Shown here: positions 1-9,869 of the stretch, piece after piece
Position numbering within the stretch: position 1 is the first letter of the stretch
Layout: each line of letters begins with the position of its first letter
Assembly (NCBI GenBank): GCA_963779415.1
Contig: CAVZYA010000002.1
Coordinates: 384,001-448,000, forward strand
Origin: an uncultured Acidobacteriota bacterium
Lineage (GTDB): Bacteria > Acidobacteriota > Thermoanaerobaculia > UBA5066
Reading direction: 5' to 3'
DNA length: 64,000 nt
Notes under the pieces: model-generated
What the model was told of the DNA's origin: nothing
Database searches by the model: none
The model's input: only the letters and a program-made list of their open reading frames with translations
Position numbers and translations under genes: made by a program

Positions 1-248
1 CTCGGATCCGTCTCGTCGGCCCAGCGGAGCGTCTCCTCCCGGAGAGTCAGCGTCCCGGTCCGCCAGCGTCCCCAGAGGAGCAGACCGTCCCGCCGGCGGA
101 CGAGCCCCTCCCACGTCCGGTCGACGGGCACCGCGGGAACGGCCGGCGGCTCGGCGGCCGGGGCCTTGACGGCGACGAGAAGGCCCCAAAGAAAAAGGGC
201 CCCGGCGGCCCGGAGCCCTCGTCTCGTCAAGAGAGCCGCGAGCGTCAC
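1..248 (-). CDS. Hypothetical exported protein, N-terminal part (runs off window edge)
   Basis: GTG at 248 overlaps the TGA of the preceding gene. The open frame MTLAALLTRRGLRAAGALFLWGLLVAVKAPAAEPP has a signal-peptide-like N-terminus. It overlaps a terminator-like hairpin, so the start is uncertain. Confidence 0.45.
   Translation of the reverse strand, partial: MTLAALLTRRGLRAAGALFLWGLLVAVKAPAAEPPAVPAVPVDRTWEGLVRRRDGLLLWGRWRTGTLTLREETLRWADETDP
188..219 (-). terminator. Rho-independent terminator-like hairpin after the DUF1573 gene
   Basis: Minus strand AGGGCTCCGG-GCCG-CCGGGGCCCT (10-bp stem, one G-U pair) followed by TTTTCTTT. Confidence 0.55.
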
Positions 249-1276
249 AGAATGACGCCGCGGATCGGGATTTTCACGTTCCCCTTCGCCTTGTCCGTCG
301 TCTGGATCTTCAGCTCGCCTTCGAAGACCCCCTTCTTGATCTTCTCGTCCACGACGAGGTCGACGCGGACCCGCCCCTTGTCGACCGGCACGACCGAGGC
401 GGAGATGCCGGGCACGTTCGTCTCGGCCTTCGTGACGGAAAAGTCGGGCCGCTGCGGGACGTTGTCGATCACCATGATGTTGCGGCGGACGGCCTCGCCC
501 TTCGGATCGAAGTTCCCGAAGTTGATCTGGCCGGGCGTGATCGTGACCGTCGGCTTGATGTAGCCCGAGATCGCCAGCTCCATCTCGGGCTGCTGCTTGA
601 CGCCCGTCTGGAGCTTCACGTATCCCGTGAGAAGCCCCTCGGGCGCCTCGGGGGCGTTCGAAAGGGCGAGCTTGTACTGTTTCGCGCCCTTCCCGGCCAT
701 CCGCTCTTTCTCGGGAACTTCCGTCACCGTCGCCTTGAGAAACTTGTAGGGCAGCTCGATCTTCGTCGGCGCGAACGCCGGATCGTCCGACGCGAGGACC
801 ATGTCCGAGGTGACCGTCTCGCCGGTCAGCGCCTGGATCCGGAAGAATCCGTAAGGGAATGCCTCGACGAACGGCTTGACGTAGGCTTGGACGTTGAGCG
901 TCACCTGTGGCGTCGTCGGGTCGTTGAAGAGGACGAGGGCCGTTTTCGAGATCGACCCCTGAAAGGCCTTCGTCTCGATCGACAGGGCGATCTTCCCCTC
1001 GGTCCCCGGCTTGATGACCCGGTCGTACTCCGACACGGTGCATCCGCAGGCCGGCTTGACGTCCGTGATCAGGAGATCCGCCGTGCCGGTGTTCTTCACG
1101 AGGAAGGTGTGCTTGATCACCTCTCCCTTGGGAACGGTCCCTACGTCCTTGTTGGGCTCGGCGATGACGGCTTTGGGAGCCGGCGCCGGCGTCTGTGCGA
1201 GGGCCGGCGCGGCAACGGCCAGGACGAGGGGGACGACGAGCAGCCGGGAGAACGTAAGTTGGCGGAAGAGATTCAT
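245..1276 (-). CDS. Exported DUF1573 / Ig-like domain protein
   Basis: Signal peptide; FLVKNTGTADLLITDVKPACGCT and IKPGTEGKI are DUF1573 hallmarks; GGAGG RBS before ATG 1276. Confidence 0.8.
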   Translation of the reverse strand: MNLFRQLTFSRLLVVPLVLAVAAPALAQTPAPAPKAVIAEPNKDVGTVPKGEVIKHTFLVKNTGTADLLITDVKPACGCTVSEYDRVIKPGTEGKIALSIETKAFQGSISKTALVLFNDPTTPQVTLNVQAYVKPFVEAFPYGFFRIQALTGETVTSDMVLASDDPAFAPTKIELPYKFLKATVTEVPEKERMAGKGAKQYKLALSNAPEAPEGLLTGYVKLQTGVKQQPEMELAISGYIKPTVTITPGQINFGNFDPKGEAVRRNIMVIDNVPQRPDFSVTKAETNVPGISASVVPVDKGRVRVDLVVDEKIKKGVFEGELKIQTTDKAKGNVKIPIRGVIL

Positions 1277-1331
1277 GGGGTCAGGGCCTCCTGTTTCTTC
1301 CCGACGCGACGGGCGGCGGCGGGGGCGGAAA

Positions 1332-1359
1332 AGTATACGTGGCGCACCCGATGGGCCAA
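1332..1359 (-). promoter_or_regulatory. Putative sigma70 promoter of the DUF1573 gene
   Basis: Minus strand TTGGCC-N16-TATACT. Confidence 0.35.
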
Positions 1360-1441
1360 AACGGCCCGGCTTGGCCGTGATCGGAACCCTCAGCAAACTC
1401 CGCGCCGCTGGCGCCCGAGGACGGTGGGGGACGCCGGAGGT

Positions 1442-2233
1442 TTACGCCGCCGCGCTGATCTCGACGGAAGTCATCGAGATCGAGCCGAGGACGGTCTTCG
1501 CGTTGAAGAACGAAACGACGTCGCCTTCCCGTTTCGAGGCAAGGAGATAGAGGAGCGGCAGGAAGTGTTCCGGCGTCGGGACGGCGAGGGATGCGTCCGG
1601 AAGCCTGTCGTAGGCGACGAGGGTCTCGAAGTCCCCGGAGAGAATCCGCCGCCGGACCTCTTCGTCGAACCGGACGGCCCAGTCGTAGCCTTCCTCCCGC
1701 CCGAAGTCGACGGCCCGGAGGTTGTGGACGATGTCGCCGCTTCCGAGGACGAGGACCCCCTCGTCCCGGAGGAATGACAGCTCCCGCGCGAGGGCCACGT
1801 GCGCGGCGGGAGACTTCGTCCGGTCGAGGCTGAGCTGGACGACCGGCACGTCGGCTTCGGGATACATCCTGCGGAGGACGCTCCACGCGCCGTGATCGAG
1901 GCCCCGCTCGCGGTCGAGACCGATCTTCACCCCCTTCACGCGGGTCGCGACCTCGCGGGCGAGAGCCGGGTCGCCCGGCGCCGGATAGGAGACCTCGAAG
2001 AGGCCTCGGGGAAAGCCGAAAAAATCGTGGATCGTCGGGGGGCGCTCCACGGCCGTGACGGAGACGCCCCGCGTCTCCCAGTGGGCGGAGATGCAGAGGA
2101 CGGCCTTCGGCCTTCCGGTCCGCCGCGCCGCGGCGGCGAAGCCGCGCGAGAATTCCGACTCCTCGATGGCGTTCATCGGAGAGCCGTGCCCGACGAAGAG
2201 GGCCGGCATCGGTCCGGGCCGCGCGCTTTTCAC
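1442..2233 (-). CDS. ygiD: 4,5-DOPA extradiol dioxygenase (LigB family)
   Basis: MPALFVGHGSPMN, ISAHWET, GLDHGAWS, PTPEHFLPL; GTGA overlap with the upstream gene. Confidence 0.88.
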   Translation of the reverse strand: MKSARPGPMPALFVGHGSPMNAIEESEFSRGFAAAARRTGRPKAVLCISAHWETRGVSVTAVERPPTIHDFFGFPRGLFEVSYPAPGDPALAREVATRVKGVKIGLDRERGLDHGAWSVLRRMYPEADVPVVQLSLDRTKSPAAHVALARELSFLRDEGVLVLGSGDIVHNLRAVDFGREEGYDWAVRFDEEVRRRILSGDFETLVAYDRLPDASLAVPTPEHFLPLLYLLASKREGDVVSFFNAKTVLGSISMTSVEISAAA

Positions 2234-2997
2234 GTCTCTTTCGCGACGGTCACCGAGAGAGAGCCCACCTTTCCGATCCGGACCTCGAGCGTCTGGCCGG
2301 GAGCGAGCGGGGCCACCCCTTCGGGCGTCCCCGTGAGAATCACGTCTCCCGGCTCGAGCGTCATCGCGTGCGAGGCCCAGGCGACGAGGCTGGGAACGTC
2401 GTGGACCATCGCCGAGGTCCTCCCCGACTGCTTCACGGCGCCGTCGACGAGCGTCTCGAGGAGGAGATCCGACGGGTCGACGTCCGTCTCGATCGCGGGG
2501 CCGAGCGGGCAGAAGGTGTCGAATCCCTTCGCGCGCCACCACTGGCCGTCCCCCTTCTGGAGGTCGCGCGCCGTCACGTCGATCGCGACCGTGTAGCCGA
2601 AAACGGCGCCCCCCGCCTCCTGGCGGGAGAGCCGTCGCGCGCGCCTGCCGACGATGACCGCGAGCTCCCCTTCGTAATCGACGCGCGACGACTCGGGCGG
2701 GAGGAGAACCGTCCCCTTGTGGGGAAGAAGCGCGCTCGGGGGCTTGAGGAAGACGAGCGGCTTTTCGGGCACTTCGTTCCCGAGCTCCGCCGCGTGGGCG
2801 CGGTAGTTCCGGCCGATGCAGAGGATCTTGGACGGAACGACGGGGACGAGGAGGCGGACCCCCCGCCGTTCGACGGGCGCTCCGGAGCGCGCCGGAGCGC
2901 TCACCTCCCACGGCGCCGACGAAAGCGGCACGATCGACTCCCCTTCCACGACCCCCCAGGACGCCGTCCCCGCCCTCTCGAACCGGACGAATCTCAT
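2230..2997 (-). CDS. Fumarylacetoacetate hydrolase family protein
   Basis: KILCIGRNY, FLKPPSA, DYEGEL, DVTARDLQ, KGFDTFCPLGP, GDVILTGTP. Confidence 0.9.
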   Translation of the reverse strand: MRFVRFERAGTASWGVVEGESIVPLSSAPWEVSAPARSGAPVERRGVRLLVPVVPSKILCIGRNYRAHAAELGNEVPEKPLVFLKPPSALLPHKGTVLLPPESSRVDYEGELAVIVGRRARRLSRQEAGGAVFGYTVAIDVTARDLQKGDGQWWRAKGFDTFCPLGPAIETDVDPSDLLLETLVDGAVKQSGRTSAMVHDVPSLVAWASHAMTLEPGDVILTGTPEGVAPLAPGQTLEVRIGKVGSLSVTVAKET

Positions 2998-3839
2998 GGC
3001 CACTCCTCGAACCGGATCTCTCCCTCGAAGAGGAGGCGCGCATCCCCCTCGAGGGAGATCTCCGAAAAGACGTCTCCCGTCCGTTTGAAATCGACGACGA
3101 GCGTCTCGCCCGACCGCGTTCGGGCCGAGACCGGAGGCGACTCGCCCGCCGTCCGGCAGGCCACGATGGCCGAGGCGACCGTCCCCGATCCGCAGGAGAG
3201 CGTCTCGTTCTCGACGCCCCGTTCCCAGGTCCGGAGGGCGATCGCCCCCCGTCCCGTCCGCGCGACGAAGTTGACGTTCGCTCCCTCGGGCATCTCGGGG
3301 TGATACCGGAGCGGTGGGCCGAGGTGCGGGAGGTCGAGCGCGGCGAGGGCTTCCGCCGATTCGACCCCGACGACGAGGTGCGGGACGCCCACCGTCACCT
3401 CGACCGCCTCGCTCGCGATGCCGCCTCCGGGCGCGAGCGTCGACAGTGTCCGGCCCGTCCGGACGGCCTCCGGAAGGGAGATCGTCACACGGCCGTCCGG
3501 CGCGACGCGCGCACCCACGGGGCCCCAGCCGGTCCGTACGACGAACCTCTCTCCGACGCCGAGCGAGTGCGCCGCGAGCCGTGCCGCACAGCGGGTCCCG
3601 TTTGCGCAGAAGCGGGAGGCGCCGCCGTCGGCATTGAAATAGTCCGCCACGATCCCCTCGCCCGCCCGCCGGACGAAAAGAACCCCGTCCGCGCCGACCC
3701 CCGTTCTCCGGTCGCAGAGCCGGCGGAGCGCCGAGGGCTCCTCCGCGCCCCCCGGAGGCGCGCCGAGGAACATCACGAAGTCGTTTCCGGCGCCGCTCAT
3801 CTTCACGAACCGGCGGGGGAGTGACGCGGCGACGGTCAC
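2994..3839 (-). CDS. dapF: Diaminopimelate epimerase
   Basis: KMSGAGNDF, GVGADG, FCANGTRC, GVPH, TWERGVENETLSCGSG. Confidence 0.93.
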   Translation of the reverse strand: MTVAASLPRRFVKMSGAGNDFVMFLGAPPGGAEEPSALRRLCDRRTGVGADGVLFVRRAGEGIVADYFNADGGASRFCANGTRCAARLAAHSLGVGERFVVRTGWGPVGARVAPDGRVTISLPEAVRTGRTLSTLAPGGGIASEAVEVTVGVPHLVVGVESAEALAALDLPHLGPPLRYHPEMPEGANVNFVARTGRGAIALRTWERGVENETLSCGSGTVASAIVACRTAGESPPVSARTRSGETLVVDFKRTGDVFSEISLEGDARLLFEGEIRFEEWP

Positions 3840-4924
3840 TTTCGCTCCTCCGAGCGGGGGCTCTCGTTGCCGGAGCGGTCGACCGCCGCCACGGCGTACC
3901 GCGTCCCGGGTGGGCTCCCCTTGTCGAACCAGAGCGTTTCCGTCAGGCCATCCGCCACTCTTGTCCACGAGGACGCTCCGGGCCCCATCCGGTATATCCG
4001 GTAACCGGCTAGATCCGGGGAGAGCACCGGGTTCCAGACGAGCCGCGCCCCTTCCGTCTCGCGAAGGACGAGGAACCCCCCGGGTGGAGGGGGCGGGAAG
4101 ACGTCCTTCGTGTCGACGACGATCTCGTCTGCCGCCGGGCCGAGGATGAGCGGCTTCTGGTCCGTCGGCGCGGCGCGGACGGTGTAGAGGTAGACGTGGT
4201 CGAGACGCGCCGACTCGTCGACGAACGACGTCACACCCTTCACGACCGCGATCTCCGCTTCGTACCACTCGTCGCCCCGCTCCTTCCGATAGACGGCGTA
4301 CGCGCCGACGACCGCCGGCCGGGCGCCGTCCAGCATCTCCTCCGGAGGGAGCCACTCGAGACAGACGCGTTTCTCCTCGACGGTGGCCTGGAGAAAGAGC
4401 GGGCGCCCCGGCGGGATGACCGGGATGATCCCCTCGATCGGGGAAAGGTCCGAGACGAGCCGCTTCCCCCGCGTCGCCGTGACGCCGTACCGGAGGAGGA
4501 CGCGCCCGAGCCTCTTGTCGCGGTAGAGCGGGAGGAGCGAATCGCGATAGAGAAAATCCTCCCCCTCCGTCCACTGGTCCATGTCGTCGCGTCCGATCAC
4601 GGCGATCACCTCGGCCCGCTTCCGGAACTCCTTCTCCTCCCGGTCGCGCGCGTCCCCCGCGGCCGCGGGGGGCTGCGGGCGGACCCCTTCGCGGGCCGGT
4701 TGCACTTCGCGGTAGATCGTCACCTTCCGGAGGTCCGAGAGCGGGACCCCTTCCGGCGTCACCGTGGGGAACGGGAACCGGACGACGACGTCCGAGCCGT
4801 CCTGGGTGATGCGAAGCGGCGTCGGGCGGGCCGGGACGACGAGAATCGGCGGCAGCGGATCCATCTTCTTCCCGCAGCCGGCCAGCAGGACGAGTCCGAT
4901 GAGGGCGAGGGGGGCCCGTCTCAC
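3836..4924 (-). CDS. Lipoprotein with LptM/YifL-like N-terminal motif and fibronectin type III-like domains
   Basis: Lipobox LAGC then GKKMDPLPP; FN3-like motifs LVWNP, GYRIYR, YAVAAVDRSGNES; GTGA overlap with the hslU stop. Confidence 0.7.
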   Translation of the reverse strand: MRRAPLALIGLVLLAGCGKKMDPLPPILVVPARPTPLRITQDGSDVVVRFPFPTVTPEGVPLSDLRKVTIYREVQPAREGVRPQPPAAAGDARDREEKEFRKRAEVIAVIGRDDMDQWTEGEDFLYRDSLLPLYRDKRLGRVLLRYGVTATRGKRLVSDLSPIEGIIPVIPPGRPLFLQATVEEKRVCLEWLPPEEMLDGARPAVVGAYAVYRKERGDEWYEAEIAVVKGVTSFVDESARLDHVYLYTVRAAPTDQKPLILGPAADEIVVDTKDVFPPPPPGGFLVLRETEGARLVWNPVLSPDLAGYRIYRMGPGASSWTRVADGLTETLWFDKGSPPGTRYAVAAVDRSGNESPRSEERK

Positions 4925-6255
4925 AGCACGAACCGCGAGAGGTCCTGGTTCCGGACGAGGCCGTGAAGCGCCCGCTCGACGTAGGGGCGGTCGACGACGA
5001 TCCGCGCCCCCGCGGCGTCCGGTCCGGCGAAGGAGATCTCCTCGATGACGGTCTCGAGGATCGTATGGAGGCGCCGCGCCCCGATGTTCTCGAGGTTTCC
5101 GTTCACCTCCGCGGCGGCGCGGGCGATCTCGGCGAGGCCGTCCTGTGCGAAGACGACGTCGATCTGGTCCGCGGAGAGGAGCTGCGCGGCCTGCTTCGGA
5201 AGGGCGTGCTCCGGCTCGGTCAGGATCCGGACGAAGTCCGCTTCCGTCAGGATGTCGAGCGAGACGCGGATCGGGAAGCGCCCCTGCAGCTCGGGGATCA
5301 GGTCCGACGGGCGCGCCACGTGGAAGGCGCCGGCCGCGATGAAAAGGACATGATCGGTCTTGACCATGCCGTGCTTCGTCTTGACGGACGTTCCCTCGAC
5401 GAGCGGGAGAAGATCGCGCTGCACCCCTTCGCGTGAGACGTCCGGGCCCGCCCCCTTCCCTTCGCGTCCCGCGATCTTGTCGATCTCGTCCAAAAAGACG
5501 ATCCCCGCTTCCTCCGCCCGGCGGATCGCCTCCTGCGGGACGGTTGCTTCCTCGGTCAGGGCGTCGGCTTCCCGCTCGACGAGAAGCGGGCGCGCTTCGG
5601 CCACGGTCGTTTTGACCTTCTTCTTCTTCGGGCCGCCGAAGAGGCCCGGCATCATCCCGGGGAGGTCGATTCCCATCTCCTCGACCCCCTGCGGCGTCAT
5701 GACGGAGATCTGCGGCGTCCGGTCGTCGGCCACCTCGATCTCCACCTCCCGCGCTTCGAGCTTTCCCTCCTTCAGCTCCCGCCGGATCCGGTCGCGCCCC
5801 TCGAGGGGCGCGCCTTCCGGAGGGGGCTGCGCGACGAGAAGGGCGACCAGCGTCTCTTCCGCCGCCGCGGCCGCCCGGTCGGCCACGCGGGCGCGCCGCT
5901 CCTCCTTGACGAGGCGGATCGCCGCGTCGACGAGGTCGCGGGCGATGGAGTCGACGTCCCGCCCCACGTAGCCGACCTCGGTGAACTTCGACGCTTCGAC
6001 CTTCACGAACGGGGCGTCCGCGAGGCGGGCGATCCGGCGCGCGATCTCGGTCTTCCCCACCCCCGTCGGCCCGATCATCAGGATGTTCTTCGGCGTGATC
6101 TCCCGGGCGATCTCGGGCGGGAGCTGCTGCCGCCGCCACCGCTCGCGGAGCGCGATCGCGACGGCCCGCTTCGCCTTCGCCTGCCCGACGACGTGCCGGT
6201 CCAGCTCGGCCACGATCTTCCGCGGCGCGAGGTCGCGGAGGCGCCCGGATCTCAT
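4921..6255 (-). CDS. hslU: ATP-dependent protease ATPase subunit HslU
   Basis: [23 protein letters not shown] pore loop, [23 protein letters not shown]. Confidence 0.97.
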   Translation of the reverse strand: MRSGRLRDLAPRKIVAELDRHVVGQAKAKRAVAIALRERWRRQQLPPEIAREITPKNILMIGPTGVGKTEIARRIARLADAPFVKVEASKFTEVGYVGRDVDSIARDLVDAAIRLVKEERRARVADRAAAAAEETLVALLVAQPPPEGAPLEGRDRIRRELKEGKLEAREVEIEVADDRTPQISVMTPQGVEEMGIDLPGMMPGLFGGPKKKKVKTTVAEARPLLVEREADALTEEATVPQEAIRRAEEAGIVFLDEIDKIAGREGKGAGPDVSREGVQRDLLPLVEGTSVKTKHGMVKTDHVLFIAAGAFHVARPSDLIPELQGRFPIRVSLDILTEADFVRILTEPEHALPKQAAQLLSADQIDVVFAQDGLAEIARAAAEVNGNLENIGARRLHTILETVIEEISFAGPDAAGARIVVDRPYVERALHGLVRNQDLSRFVL

Positions 6256-6797
6256 GGGAGGGTCTCGATCCGGATCGTGTCGTTCGTGTAGACGTCGATC
6301 GAGGCGGCGATGAGGAGCGCTTCCTTCACGATCGCCGGGGCGTCGAGCCCCGAATGGAGGAGGAGCGCCCGGGCCGCCGCCGCGGCGTACGGCCCCCCCG
6401 AGCCGACAGCGAGGACCCCTTCGTCCGGCGCGATGACATCCCCCGTTCCCGAGAGAAGGAGGGACGTCTTCGCGTCGGCGACGACGAGGAGCGCTTCGAG
6501 CTGCCGGAGCGTCTTTTCCGTCCGCCAGTCCGTGGCGAGCTCCACGGCGGCCCGCTCGAGCTGCCCGTGGAACTCCTCCAGCTTCCGCTCGAAGCGGGTG
6601 AAGAGGGCGACGGCGTCCGCCGTGGAGCCGGCGAAGCCCGCGAGGACCTTCCCGTCCAGGAGCCGGCGGAGCTTCGAGGCGCCGTGCTTGACGACTGTCG
6701 TCCCCATCGTCACCTGCCCGTCGCCTCCGAGCGCGACGCGCCCGTCGCGGCGGACGCAGAGGATGGTCGTGTGTCGGAAGAGAGGTTCCCTGCTCAC
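6252..6797 (-). CDS. hslV: ATP-dependent protease peptidase subunit HslV
   Basis: TTIL after a short propeptide, GDGQVT, AGFAG, GSGG. Confidence 0.96.
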   Translation of the reverse strand: MSREPLFRHTTILCVRRDGRVALGGDGQVTMGTTVVKHGASKLRRLLDGKVLAGFAGSTADAVALFTRFERKLEEFHGQLERAAVELATDWRTEKTLRQLEALLVVADAKTSLLLSGTGDVIAPDEGVLAVGSGGPYAAAAARALLLHSGLDAPAIVKEALLIAASIDVYTNDTIRIETLP

Positions 6798-6825
6798 GGC
6801 GCGAGTCTAGCCGGGAAGGGGCCCG

Positions 6826-7740
6826 TCACTCCCCCCCGGCGCGTGGATGGCTCTTCCGGTAGACCTCGATCAGCCGCTCGGCGTCGAGGTGCGTGTACTT
6901 CTGCGTCGTCGAGAGGGAGGCGTGGCCGAGCATCTCCTGGATGGAGCGGAGGTCGGCCCCGGCAGCGAGGAGGTGGGTCGCGAAGCTGTGCCGGAGGGCG
7001 TGCGGCGAAGCGGCGCGGGTCAGCCCGGCCAGGCGGACGGCGCGCGTGAGGATCCGCCGGACGCTCCGGTCGGTGAGGCGTCCTCCGCCCGGGTTCAGGA
7101 AGAGGGCGTCTGCCTCTCTCCGCGTCTTCGGCCGCGGCCGTTCCCGAAGGTACTCGCGGAGGGCGGAAGCCGCCTTCTCCCCGAACGGGACGATCCGCTC
7201 CTTCTTCCCCTTCCCGAGCGTCCGGAGCTGGCGGGAGGCGAGGTCGACGTCGGGAATGTCGAGCCCGACGAGTTCGGAGACTCGAAGGCCGGTCGCGTAA
7301 AGGAGCTCGAGGAGCGCGCGGTCGCGCGCCGAGAGCGGCTCGTCCCCCTCGTGCGCTTCGACGACGGCCGCGGCTTCGGTCACGGAGAGGGTCCGCGGAA
7401 GCGGCCGCGCCGCGCGAGGGGTCGCGACGGCACGGGCCGGGTTCGAAGAGCCGATCCCTTCGCGCGCGAGGAACCGGAAGAAGGTCCGGAGGGCCGACAG
7501 GTGCCGACCGACGGAAGTCTTCGAGAGGCCCTGCGTCCGGAGATGCGCGAGATACGACCGGACCGCGAGGACGTCGGCCTCCGCCGCCGAGACCGACCCG
7601 GCCGGCCGCGACAGGAACTCGCCGGAGAAGAACTCGGCGAAGCTCCCGACGTCGCGAAGGTACGCGGTCCGCGTGTGCGGGGAGACCCCCCGTTCGTCGC
7701 GGAGATGACGCTCGAAGGCGGCGATCTCGTCGGCCAGCAC
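6826..7740 (-). CDS. xerC: Tyrosine recombinase XerC
   Basis: LLYATGLRVSEL, GKGKKERIVP, HALRHSFATHLL, LGHASLSTTQKY; context between trmFO and hslV. Confidence 0.88.
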   Translation of the reverse strand: MLADEIAAFERHLRDERGVSPHTRTAYLRDVGSFAEFFSGEFLSRPAGSVSAAEADVLAVRSYLAHLRTQGLSKTSVGRHLSALRTFFRFLAREGIGSSNPARAVATPRAARPLPRTLSVTEAAAVVEAHEGDEPLSARDRALLELLYATGLRVSELVGLDIPDVDLASRQLRTLGKGKKERIVPFGEKAASALREYLRERPRPKTRREADALFLNPGGGRLTDRSVRRILTRAVRLAGLTRAASPHALRHSFATHLLAAGADLRSIQEMLGHASLSTTQKYTHLDAERLIEVYRKSHPRAGGE

Positions 7741-7757
7741 GCCTCTATTGTGCGGCT

Positions 7758-9119
7758 CTATCGCGTCTGTCGCGTCGCGTTGGCGCCAAGGGCGGCATCG
7801 GCCCACGCCCCGATCTTCCCGAGTGCGGTCCGGACGAGAAGCTCGCGCCGTGCCCCCTTGTCCCGTATCTTCGGAACGTCCTCGTCGTCCATCAGGCCGA
7901 AAGTGACGTTCGCCGGCGTGTAGTCGTTCTCGCGCGGCGCCGAGACGTGCCGGGCGAGCGACCCGAGCGCCGTGGCGTACGGGACCAGCAGCGGCTCCTT
8001 TCCTTCGAGGAGCTGCGCCAGCGTCGCGCCGACCATCAGCCCCGTCGCCGCGCTCTCGAGGTACCCCTCCACCCCGGTCAGCTGTCCGGCGAAGAAGACG
8101 TTCGGATCTCTCTTCCACCGGAAGAGCGGGTCGAGGTGGGCCGGCCCGTTGATGTAGGTGTTCCGGTGGAGCTGCCCGTACCGGACGAAGAGGGCCTCCG
8201 GGAGGCCGGGAAGCGTCCGGAAGATCCGCCGCTGCTCCCCCTGTTTCAGCTTCGTCTGGAAGCCGACGAGGTTCCAGTGCTCGCGCGCGAGGTCGTCCTG
8301 CCGGAGCTGGACCACCGCGTACGGCTCGCGCCCTGTCACCGGGTCCCGGAGGCCGAAGGGCTTCATCGGCCCGTGACGCAGCGTCTCAATCCCCCGCTCG
8401 GCCATCGCCTCGATCGGCAGGCACCCTTCGAAGTAGACCGCCCTCTCGAAGTCATGGAAGGGAACCTTCTCGCCGGCGAGGAGCTCCTTCACGAAGGACT
8501 CGTACTCCGCCTTCGAGAGCGGGATGTTCAGGTAGTCGTCGCCGCCTCCTTTTCCCCAGCGGCTCGCGGCGAAGAGTTTCGTTGGGTCGAGCGACGAGGC
8601 CTCCACGACCGGTGCGACGGAATCGTAGAAGTAGAGGTAGCTGTCTCCCAGCGCTTCCTTCAACGACGATGCAAGCGATTCCGAGGTGAGCGGCCCCGTC
8701 GCGACGACGACGTATCCGCCACCGGAGCGCACCTCCTCGAGAGCCCCGACCTCCGCCCGGACGAGGTCGATCTCCGCCCTCCCGGCGACCCGGCGGGTCA
8801 CCCCCTCGGCGAAGATCCCCCGGTCGACGGCGAGGGCGTCACCGGCCGGGACGGCGGCCCGGCGGGCCTCCTCGAGGATCACGCTCCCGACGATCTCCAT
8901 CTCGCGCTTCAGAAGGCCGACGGCGTTCTGGGGATTGTCGGATCGGAAGGAGTTCGAGCAGACCATCTCGGCCAGCCGGTCCGTCGCGTGGGCCTCGGTC
9001 TTCCGGATGGGGCGCATCTCGACGAGCCGGACCCGGTGCCGGCGCCTCGCGAGCTGCCACGCGCACTCCACCCCGGCGAAGCCGCCGCCGACGACCGTGA
9101 CGAGGGGAGTCTCCGGCAT
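7758..9119 (-). CDS. trmFO: Folate/FAD-dependent tRNA (uracil-54) methyltransferase
   Basis: GGGFAGVE, AEMVCSNS, YFEGCLPIE, GPMKP, AGQLTGVEGY. Confidence 0.95.
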   Translation of the reverse strand: MPETPLVTVVGGGFAGVECAWQLARRRHRVRLVEMRPIRKTEAHATDRLAEMVCSNSFRSDNPQNAVGLLKREMEIVGSVILEEARRAAVPAGDALAVDRGIFAEGVTRRVAGRAEIDLVRAEVGALEEVRSGGGYVVVATGPLTSESLASSLKEALGDSYLYFYDSVAPVVEASSLDPTKLFAASRWGKGGGDDYLNIPLSKAEYESFVKELLAGEKVPFHDFERAVYFEGCLPIEAMAERGIETLRHGPMKPFGLRDPVTGREPYAVVQLRQDDLAREHWNLVGFQTKLKQGEQRRIFRTLPGLPEALFVRYGQLHRNTYINGPAHLDPLFRWKRDPNVFFAGQLTGVEGYLESAATGLMVGATLAQLLEGKEPLLVPYATALGSLARHVSAPRENDYTPANVTFGLMDDEDVPKIRDKGARRELLVRTALGKIGAWADAALGANATRQTR

Positions 9120-9158
9120 GGGCCGGTGATTCTAAGAGGAGCGGGAGAGAATCCCGCC

Positions 9159-9869
9159 GTGACGTTCGAGGAGAGGCACTACGGGCGGGAGTACTTCGAG
9201 CGGCTTCACCCGGATCACTGGTTCAGGAACCCGCCGCGAAAATACACGGAGCGGAACCGGGATGCCCTCCGCGTCGTCGCGCCGCGGCCGGAGGACCGGA
9301 TCCTCGAGCTCGGGTCGGCCCGCGGGGACGTCACCTTTCTTCTCGCGGACAAGGCCCGGGAGATCGTCGGTCTCGACGCTTCCGACGAGGCGCTCGGCAT
9401 GGCCGAGGCCGGGCGGAGCCGCCGGGGCCTTTCGAATGTCCGGTTCGTGAAAGGGGACGTCGCGGATCTCTCGATCTTCCCAGACCGCTCCTTCGACGCG
9501 GTCGCGGCGATCGACCTCGTCGAGCACGTAGACGATGCGACGCTCGCGTCGATGCTCCAAGAGACGAGGCGCGTTCTCGTCCCGGGGGGGCGGCTCGGGA
9601 TCTACACCCCCGACCGGGCGCACTACGTGGAGAGGCTGAAGGCGCACGATTTCGTTCTCTCGCAGTTTCCGGAGCACATCGCCGTCCGGCGGGTCGATGA
9701 ATACGTCCGGTTTCTCGCGGCGGCAGGATTCGAAATCGACCTCCTCGACTGGTCCGTCTCCCCCTTCCCCGTCGTCCGGTGGATCGAGAAGGCGCTCGCC
9801 CCCCTCCCGCTCGTCGGAGAGACGTTTCGCTACCGGATCCTGATCCGCGCGGTAGCCTCTCCGGCATGA
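9159..9869 (+). CDS. Class I SAM-dependent methyltransferase
   Basis: ILELGSARG, GLDAS, SFDAV, VEHV, RVLVPGG. Confidence 0.85.
   Translation: MTFEERHYGREYFERLHPDHWFRNPPRKYTERNRDALRVVAPRPEDRILELGSARGDVTFLLADKAREIVGLDASDEALGMAEAGRSRRGLSNVRFVKGDVADLSIFPDRSFDAVAAIDLVEHVDDATLASMLQETRRVLVPGGRLGIYTPDRAHYVERLKAHDFVLSQFPEHIAVRRVDEYVRFLAAAGFEIDLLDWSVSPFPVVRWIEKALAPLPLVGETFRYRILIRAVASPA

Noticed and set aside
6826-7740. Tyrosine recombinase as a phage or island integrase
   Set aside because: Its length, motifs and trmFO-hslV context indicate housekeeping XerC; no att sites or cargo were seen.
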